Shown: positions 55,865-64,000 of the stretch, piece by piece | Layout of the letters: each line of letters starts with the position of its first letter | Numbering within the stretch: the stretch's first letter is position 1 | Origin: Eledone cirrhosa | Taxonomy: Eukaryota | Reading direction: 5' to 3' | DNA: 64,000 nucleotides | Assembly (NCBI GenBank): GCA_964016885.1 | Contig: OZ024742.1 | Location: forward strand, 137,082,001-137,146,000 | Notes under the pieces: generated by a model | Database searches by the model: none | Told to the model about the DNA's origin: nothing | The model's input: the letters and a program-made list of their open reading frames with translations, nothing else | Program-made: the position numbers and the translations under genes

Positions 55865-55919
55865 ATAAACCTTTCAAGGATTTACACAAATCCAGCCTCC
55901 TATCATTTCATTATAATAT

Positions 55920-55950
<31 letters not shown>

Positions 55951-55980
55951 ATGTGTGTGTGTGTGTGTATGTGTGTGTGT

Positions 55981-56045
<65 letters not shown>

Positions 56046-56535
56046 CGGAGGAAACAATACAAGTGCTGTTTACGAAGGACCTACTCCTAAACAAAAAAGA
56101 CAAACATGTAATCGCATGTAAACACCGATTGCGTGGAACATACCCCCTCAAACCCCCTCATGACCCGGGTGGGTAGACAATGGCTGTAACATAATTCTGT
56201 TCCCCACTTCCTTACATAGGTAGATGTAATTCTTTTCTTTTCTTTTTTCCCTTTATCTCTTCTCCTCACTTCCTGCCAATCCCTTTCCTCTTCCTTTTTC
56301 CTTTTTCCTATTTCGCTTAACCATCGGGCTTTTTAGCCTCAGTAGCCCCACCCCCGTAAATTCTATAAAGCATTGGCCGCAAACGCAATACCATCTAAAA
56401 ATATAGCAACTGTTTTAAACTCTAGTTTTTATTATTTAATTTTTTAATATTATTATTTATTATTTATTAATTTTTTAATTTAAATTTATTAACTTTTAAA
56501 GTTGTTAATTTTATAACATCCTACTCTCAGATTCC

Positions 56536-56682
56536 TAATTTAGTCCAGAAATAGCCATCGAAACGGCTTGAGCCCTGCCGTCGTGGTTTTGAAAATTTTC
56601 CTATTACCCACTCTACTACCCAAAGTATTGAGTACTCTGTTGCGTTACGGTCCACATTGTTCCTCAGCACACTTCCATCATA
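56536..56682 (+). mobile_element. Family B insert ending in (TA)n
   Basis: Homologous to 6947-7083 and 42568-42759. Confidence 0.7.
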
Positions 56683-57404
56683 TATATATATATATATATA
56701 TTATATAATATAATACACAAGGGAACAAAGAATCAGTGTTGAATCATCTACATATTTAATCACATATTACGCAAGTTTAACTGTCGATCAGCTCGAGGAA
56801 CAATCTATTAATGATCGAACACTACTCTATTATTGGAAGCTCCTGAGATATGTTTTAACAAGTAGACTCGCGAGTCACTTGTTAAAATGAAGCTGGTTGG
56901 TGGTTGGTTTCATGGAAAATAGAACTTCGTATCACTGTTTGATTTAACTAGATATAAGGATAATGCGGGAAAAACATTCGTGTATAGTTCGTCTTGTAGT
57001 CGTAAGGAAGATGTCTGAGATTGAGTATACGTGTATGGTCTATATTTGGATTGGGTTTGATGTTGACTTTGATTTTCTTAGTGGATTTATTTACGAATCA
57101 GTTCGAACCGGTTGATTTTGACCGGAACGGCTGGAAGTAGCGTTTGAGACCTCTGCCTTCATGACCCCCCCCCCCCCCTCCAGGAATAAGCGGGTAAATA
57201 AATAAATAAATAAAGACAAAAAACGGTTTTCTAGTTGTTAAAATTCAATTTTTTTTCATTATGGGTCAAGGTTACCAACCCATATGTAATATATATATAT
57301 ATAGTAATAATAAATTTGAAGACTAAAATCCAAATCTGTTATTTTAATAAATATATATATATATATATATATAAAATAGAAAGAATTATTAATATATATA
57401 TATT

Positions 57405-57599
57405 AATCATTTTTTTTACTTTTGGCACAAGGCCAGCAATTATCCCCATGTATTATTGGTACTTTATTTTATCGACCCCGTAAGGAGGAAATGCAAAGTT
57501 AATCTCGGCGGGATTTGAACTCAGATCATAAAGGGCCGTAACTCTTTGTTGAAAAGCATGGCGACCGACCCTCTAGCGACACTGCCAATCCACCGCCCT
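57405..57599 (-). mobile_element. tRNA-SINE copy
   Basis: Full head to tail. Confidence 0.9.
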
Positions 57600-57612
57600 T
57601 ATATATATATAT

Positions 57613-57867
57613 CTTTGTCAGTGTTGAACAAACGAGCAACGGTGGTTGCTAGACACTACGGCTTAATACGGGATGTTTGTTTACAAACACACCGAGCATT
57701 ATAATAAATATTCGGTGAATCCATACGTGCATATATATATGTGTGCATGTATGTATATATATGTATACATACTACTGTACGCCGGTATGCATATGTGTGT
57801 GTACGTGAACATACTTATATTTAAGTAACAGCCGTACTAAGAGAGGGAAAATCGTTTCATTTTTTCC

Positions 57868-57872
<5 letters not shown>
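57613..57872 (+). mobile_element. Dispersed 5'-truncated copy of the retrozyme-like unit
   Basis: Matches array units from CTTTGTCAGTGTTGAAC to TTTTCCGTTTA; (TA)n on both sides; same 3' end as the array. Confidence 0.85.
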
Positions 57873-57925
<53 letters not shown>

Positions 57926-57950
57926 ATAGATGTGTAACACACGAGTTATG

Positions 57951-58329
57951 ATATATTGGTAAAAAGAAAAGAAAATACGGACAAATTGTTCCCAGTGAAA
58001 AATAGTTTCATTAGGAATAAGTAAAAATTAGTAATAGTATTGGTTAGTATTCAGTTTTGGTTTTAAGTTTTACCGGTTGCGCATTTCTAATGCTTTTCAA
58101 AAATAATTTTGAGATAGAGCGCCCGTGATGTTTGCTCAAACCAGATTAGAGCAAACATCACGGGCGCTCTATCTCAAAATTATTTTTGAAAAGCATTAGA
58201 AATGCGCAACTGTTAAAACTTAAAACCAAAACTGAATACTAACCAATACTATTACTAATTTTTACTTATTCTTAATTAAACTATTTTTCACTGGGAACAA
58301 TTTGTCAGCATTTTCTTTTCCTTTTACCA

Positions 58330-58336
<7 letters not shown>
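57951..58336. repeat. 385-bp fold-back palindrome
   Basis: Arms 57951-58137/58149-58336, 11-nt loop; contains GAAA-TGCGCA; ends in (TA)n. Confidence 0.85.
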
Positions 58337-58361
<25 letters not shown>

Positions 58362-58600
58362 GTATGTATATATATATACACACACACATATATATATATA
58401 TATATGCTTAAGCCATATCAGTAGAATGACTCCATCATTCTTGCATTTATGTTGGCATATAAACAGTATACAGTTTACCTGCCAACTGTCACAGCTAGTG
58501 AAAAATATGATATTTTCTGGAATATACAGTGACTAATAACCGGATTTGCATATCAGAAGATAGACCAGTCTGTTTTATGTTTTATATATATATATTCACC

Positions 58601-59045
58601 GAGAATCGTATTTCGGCTGGTAGAAAAAGCGAAACGAAACGCAAAATCGTAGAAATGCTGGCAAGCGCTCCAATAGTTAAGAAAAACTAGAGCTAAACAA
58701 TATGTTAAAACGCCATACAAACTGTAAAGTGGTCAAGAAGGCATTAACCACCTAAGCCAAAAGACAAGTCAAGCTAAAGAAGTCAAACAAAATAAATGAT
58801 ATAAATATATATATACAAATATTAATTTAGCGAGATTCGCATTTCGGCGGGTAGAAATTAGCGAAACGCAACTTCCGTATTGTGTTGACCAGCGCTCTAT
58901 GGATATGAAGATACCAGAGCTATAAACATAAGTTAAAAAGGTCAAACAAACTGAGACGATGGTTAAGAAGCCATTAACCACCTGAGCCAAAAAAGCGAAC
59001 AAGGTAACCGGGTCAAACAAAATAAGATATGATTGAAATATATAT
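58601..59045. repeat. Diverged ~235-bp tandem duplication
   Basis: ATTTCGGC.GGTAGAAA..AGCGAAACG and CATTAACCACCT(A/G)AGCCAAAA each occur twice. Confidence 0.65.
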
Positions 59046-59802
59046 ATATTTACAGAGAGGGAGAGAGAGATAAATAGATAGAAAAATATCCATTTATATA
59101 TGTACACACATAAATAAGTGCATACACACACACAACACCCACACCCACGCCCACACACAGACACTCAGACATTTATATATATGTGTGTCTGTGTGTGTGT
59201 GTGTGTGCACATACATAAAACCATATGTGTATATATTCGATAAATCATTAGCTCTTATAAATACAAAAGAATATCTGAATGGGATTTTCATTATTTGGAG
59301 AGTCGTTGTATATGTAAGTTCGTAGAAGTATCTACAGTAGGTTGTTGCATGTTATTCATTACATCACGCATAGAGTGTTGAAATATTGTTAGATTTTTCT
59401 CTTGTTTGATACTACACATACAGCCTCATGCACAGAAGTTGTTCCGTGCAGCCACGTGCATTGTCATGGGACACTGGTTACTGTGGTGAATGTGAATATT
59501 CTGTTGAACAAGTATTCAAAACTGGTAGTTGAATGGATATTTTTTAAATTGTCACAATAGAAAGTATATTCATTTTAAGGTATACAAGCAGACACACCTA
59601 TGCACTGACAAACACACTCACACTCCCGTACTTACACACAAGCACAGATACACATTTCCATACATGTTCACGTGCATATCTACACGCACATATACAAATC
59701 GTATACCTTAACGTATTTGTCTGTTTATGTATATATATAATTTATATTTTGATGGAAGCATCGGCACATAATTCTTTCTCTCTCTCTCTCTCTCTCTCTC
59801 TG

Positions 59803-59894
<92 letters not shown>

Positions 59895-61036
59895 CGTGCG
59901 TTTGTGTGTTTGTATGTGTATGTGTGTTTCTGCGTGTGTATGTGTGTATATATATATATGTGTGGGGGGGGGGGGGTATATATCTGTTCCCTCTTCAGCG
60001 ATACTGGTAACATATAATCTAGTACAACCTGTGCATGGTCGGTCATCAGTGACTAAACCGGCAGCCCCACCAATATTGCTTGGTCGGGAGGGTGCTTTAA
60101 GACATCCAGCAGGATGAAAACCACAACCCGTCAAAGGGCTGAGGGACTCAGTAGAGTCAACGGCCATTCAATAATGTATTTTTATTTTATTTTTGTGGTG
60201 CGAGAGACTCCTAGTCTTCATTAAGACATCTCTCTAGGAGAAGGTCACTGTGATATAAAACCTGCGATTCCGTTTGCATTCAATTATGTAGACCTGTTTT
60301 TCTTTTTGGGTAAATGAATTCGATGTTCAGAGAGTGGGATTGGCCCCGTGCAAAGCCATTCCTCACTTAAAAAAAACTTCAAGCACAGGCATCGCTTGAT
60401 ATGTAAGATGTTTTGCGATGCATGGTATTGCTAGCCATAAGCAAGTTCCTAGCTGGACAAAAAGCTCATGCATCTGTAATGCTTGTGCATCTGTATCAAT
60501 ATATGGCTAAAACTCGAAATCGAGTTTCAGCCATCATAATATGGCTATCTATTCTTTTATTCTTTTACTTGTTTCAGTAATTAATCTGTGATCATGCTGA
60601 GATGTCTACGTAACTGAACTCCAAAATCACTTGCGGGGGTGCTACAGTTATCTCTCTCCATTTTCTCTTAATGTTTCTTTGATTCCTTTGAGACTCTGGA
60701 AGAACAAAACCATTCTACTTCTGAAAGTAATCACTACTTTCAGCAAATATACGAAAATACATTCTATTCTACTATGTTAACTGTAAACACTCTTCGTCAC
60801 AAAATATATCGTTTCGTTATCGTTATGAATATACACATTGCAATACACACAAACACACCAAACATATAAACGATAAAGTTACAAATACTAAAAACATTCA
60901 ACTCCTCTCTTTTTCATCACAACGAAAGGCGTTTTCTTACTCAGATCTTTGATGTTACTACTACTACTACTACTACTAATGCTGCTGCTGCTACTACTTC
61001 TACTACTACTACTAAAAATAATAATAATCATCATAA

Positions 61037-61227
61037 TAATAATTGTTTCTACTTTAGGCACAAGGCCAGCAATTATCCAGTGCATTACTGGTACTTTATT
61101 TTAACCACCCCGTCAGGATGAAAGGCAAAGTCAACCTCGGCGGGATTTGAACTCAGATCGTAAAGGGACGTAACTATGCTGGAAAGCATGGCGTCCGACC
61201 CTCTACAGTTACGGCCAATCCACCACC
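61037..61227 (-). mobile_element. tRNA-SINE copy in a (TAA/TAG)n tract
   Basis: Full SINE; flanked by ATT-type repeats. Confidence 0.9.
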
Positions 61228-61245
61228 AATAATCATAATAATAAT

Positions 61246-61444
61246 GATTTCATATATTAGGCACAAGGGCCGACATGTAGGGGACAATACAAAGACAGGG
61301 ACAGTGGGGGTTTACAATAAGGTCGAGTAAAAGTACACAATGGCAAGACTAATTTAACAATGAAGATATAAAAATATAAAATAAACTATGCATATATCCC
61401 CCTCTCGGGGAATTTATTTTATTATATTATTTTATTTATTTTGT
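61246..61444 (-). mobile_element. 200-bp LINE-3'-like element with 18-bp TSD
   Basis: AATAATCATAATAATAAT at 61228-61245 and 61445-61462; minus strand ends TGTATTGTCCCCTACATGTCGGCCCTTGTGCCTAATATATGAAATC-ATTATT. Confidence 0.6.
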
Positions 61445-61480
61445 AATAATCATAATAATAATAACAATTATAATAGTAAT

Positions 61481-64000
61481 GTTTTCTTTATTAACCACAA
61501 GGGTTTACATAAAGAAGACATTAAGGACAGTACAGGACAATACAGGACGGTACAAATGGGCATTTCTGCGTCTAAAAAAAAACAGAGGATGTAATAAAAT
61601 AACAAAGAAAAATTCCCCAATAGGGGGGGGGGGAGACTTCCGAGGGACATTTGTGGAGAAAGCCCATTAAAAGACCACAGTGACCCAAACCACCAGGGCA
61701 AGTGCCCTCTCACAGTTTTCCACCTTTAATTTACAGACACATACTCGGGCCATACTTGCTTCTCTCACCCATCTTTCAACAAAATGCTGGGAAGAGAGCA
61801 CTTCCCTCTCTACCCTGATTTTCCTTTTCAAATGAAATTTGAAAAAGTTAAGCAGGGCATCACCGAAGAGATAAGTGCTCGTCTTCAGCCCTTTCAAACG
61901 TGTCCACCATACTATCTCTTACGCCATGGCCACCAGACAGATAAAAACTGCCTGCCCTTCCCGGCTAAAGGAAGAGGGCAGGGTAATCCTCACGATGGAC
62001 TCAGCTGATAGCTGGATCCGTCCTACACGTGACAGCAGGTGTTTGACATAAACCCACAAGTCAGCAATGCTCGGACACTAGACGAGTGCGTGCAGGACGG
62101 TTTCGTCGCCCTGTGCGCATCTCGGACATGCCCGCTGACGGCACCTCCATGCCTGTAGAGTTTATCTCGAACTGGCAAAGCTCACCGGTAGCACTGCCAG
62201 GCCAGGGATTTCTGGAAGTTGTCCAGAGGCCCTGGCCCGAAAGTCCGTCCGAAGAGATTGGCTAGTTGATTTTCGTCGACGCCTAGAGTTTCTCCAAGTA
62301 CGTCGTCGCTCTTCCCCTCCACTAATCCTCTATAGAACGCCAAGGTGGAGTTTCCACCGTTCACATTGCCCGATTGGTCGAGGGCTGTGAGCGCCTGAAG
62401 AGATTCCAGTCCGCAAGCGCTCCCTCTCGGTCTTCGCTTGACCCAGGACTGCAGCTCCGTCAAGGAGACGAGCTGGGGAAAGACGTGTCTAGCAAACGGC
62501 GACCACACCTGATCACCGACGAGGAAGAGGTGGAGATGTCGTAGCCTGAGCGCGTGTCTGCGCATCATCAACCACGGCATGCCCAGCCCTCCACGTAGCG
62601 GGTGTTGACAGCAGATGGACCGCCTGACCATCGGAGCGCGTCCCTTCCACAAAGAGCGAAAGAGCAAACGCTCCAGCGCAGTCAGGCGGGGCTTAGGACA
62701 AGGTACGACGGTCAGGCTGTAGTAGATCATGTATGCGAGCGATATACGCGTTAGCCACCTCCGCTCGACCTTTAAGGGATAGCTTCATCTCGGCCTATTT
62801 CTGGGTGAGAGAAGCCACCCTGCTCGTCACCTCGTCCCAGATTTTGTCCGTCTGGAGATCCGGACCGAACCAGACCCCGAGAAATTTAACTGGTCCGTCC
62901 GTCCAGCTCCCGACGACGCTGTTGGACAGCATGGACCTGCCTCTCCAGGTGCCGAGCTGCAGGCCCACTGACTTTTCTTGGTTGATCATTGCTCCTGTCA
63001 CCGCTTCGTATTCTCTTATTGTAGTGCCGATCGCCTCGATGTGTTTGGCGTTTGACACCACTGCAGTGACATCGTCCGCATATGCTGACACGGATCTTCC
63101 GCATCCTAGTTCGCGCGGGACCCCCCTCAACGTCTCCAGTTTGTGCAGTAATGGCTCGAGAGTCAATACGTACAAGAGGGACGAGAGGGGACATCCTTGG
63201 CGGACCGAGCGCATGATGTTGAACGGTTCCACAAGGTGACCGTTCACTCTCACCACAGAGCAGATGTTGCTGTGCATGGCAGCGATCCAGCCTCTGAAGA
63301 CGGGCCCAAAGCCAGCCGCCCTCAGGACTGCCGCTAGGTAACGATAGTCGACCCTATCGAAAGCTTTCTACTGATCTAAATTGATCAAGGACCCACCCGT
63401 GCCAGGTTCCCTAGCTACCCTCTATACGATGTATCGCATGAGGTGGAGATTGCCGTGGATAGATCTGTCGGGAATGGCGCATGTCTGCGCCTCTCCCACC
63501 AGACCAATGACAAGCGCCAACCTCTTTGCTAGCACCTTGGCCAACATTTTGAACACTGTGTTTAGTAAAGTTATGGGCCTAAAATTATCTATGTTATCCC
63601 CCTTTTTCGGATCCTTTCTCAGCAGCGCCACAGCTCCTCGGCTCACAGAGCTGGGAATTCTCCCGTTCTGTTGCCAGTTGCAGTAGACGTCCGCCAAGAG
63701 GCCTCCGAACAAGTCTGGCATCTGTACGTAAAGTTCATAGGGCAGACCATCCAAACCAGGCGATTTACCCCTTGTGCAGCCACTCATTGCCTCCCGTATT
63801 TCAGCAGCTGTTATCGGCTTTTCGCAACACTCCGGCTCAGTGGCCAAGAGCCGTGGCAGTCCGTCGAGGTAGACACTAAAGTCCATCCCTCGACCGGGCC
63901 CACCAATGCCCCCGAACAGCTGAGCGAAATGTCGCTGAAAAGCTTCACACATTTGCCCGGGATCGAGTAGCATGCGCCCGTCATTGTCCACCAAAGACCG
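61481..64000 (-). mobile_element. Second Tx1/L1-clade LINE copy (RT to 3' end; continues beyond the window)
   Basis: Closely similar to ~15585-18120; KSPGLDGLP, FRPITLLNT, VRQGCPLS, YADD; independent stops and frameshifts; ends in ATT repeats. Confidence 0.93.

Larger units (their letters stand above)
51422..55920. mobile_element. 4.5-kb fold-back element: ~1.9-kb modular inverted arms with terminal hammerheads
   Basis: 51422-53319 is the reverse complement of ~54024-55920 with scattered substitutions; internal 337-bp tandem GC-rich module; ~700-bp spacer; right end in (TA)n. Confidence 0.85.

Noticed and set aside
59990-60460. Possible RTE-LINE 5' UTR remnant
   Set aside because: Only a vague resemblance (CTAGGAGAAGG..AAACC); no ORF support

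Overview
AT-rich, microsatellite-dense eukaryotic (animal) DNA. The abundant tRNA-derived SINE resembles octopod cephalopod SINEs, but that organism call is inference from recall. No host protein-coding gene can be supported: almost all ORFs in the track are microsatellite or low-complexity artefacts or transposon remnants. The window holds a full-length but disrupted Tx1/L1-clade LINE (12261-18120, +) and a second copy running off the right edge (-). It also holds about 20 copies of one tRNA-SINE, plus decayed RTE, R4/Dong-type, mariner/Tc1 and hAT-MITE fragments. The most striking signal is RNA-structural: many Type I hammerhead ribozyme (HHR) motifs with palindromic stem III. They occur in a 5-unit ~370-420 bp tandem retrozyme-like array (21690-23600), at both outer ends of a 4.5 kb fold-back element (51422-55920), and in several families of short fold-back inserts that sit in (TA)n, consistent with Penelope-like/retrozyme mobile RNAs. 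A second system is an (ATT)n-associated Tx1 LINE whose 3' end motif is shared with the SINE and with a third short element.
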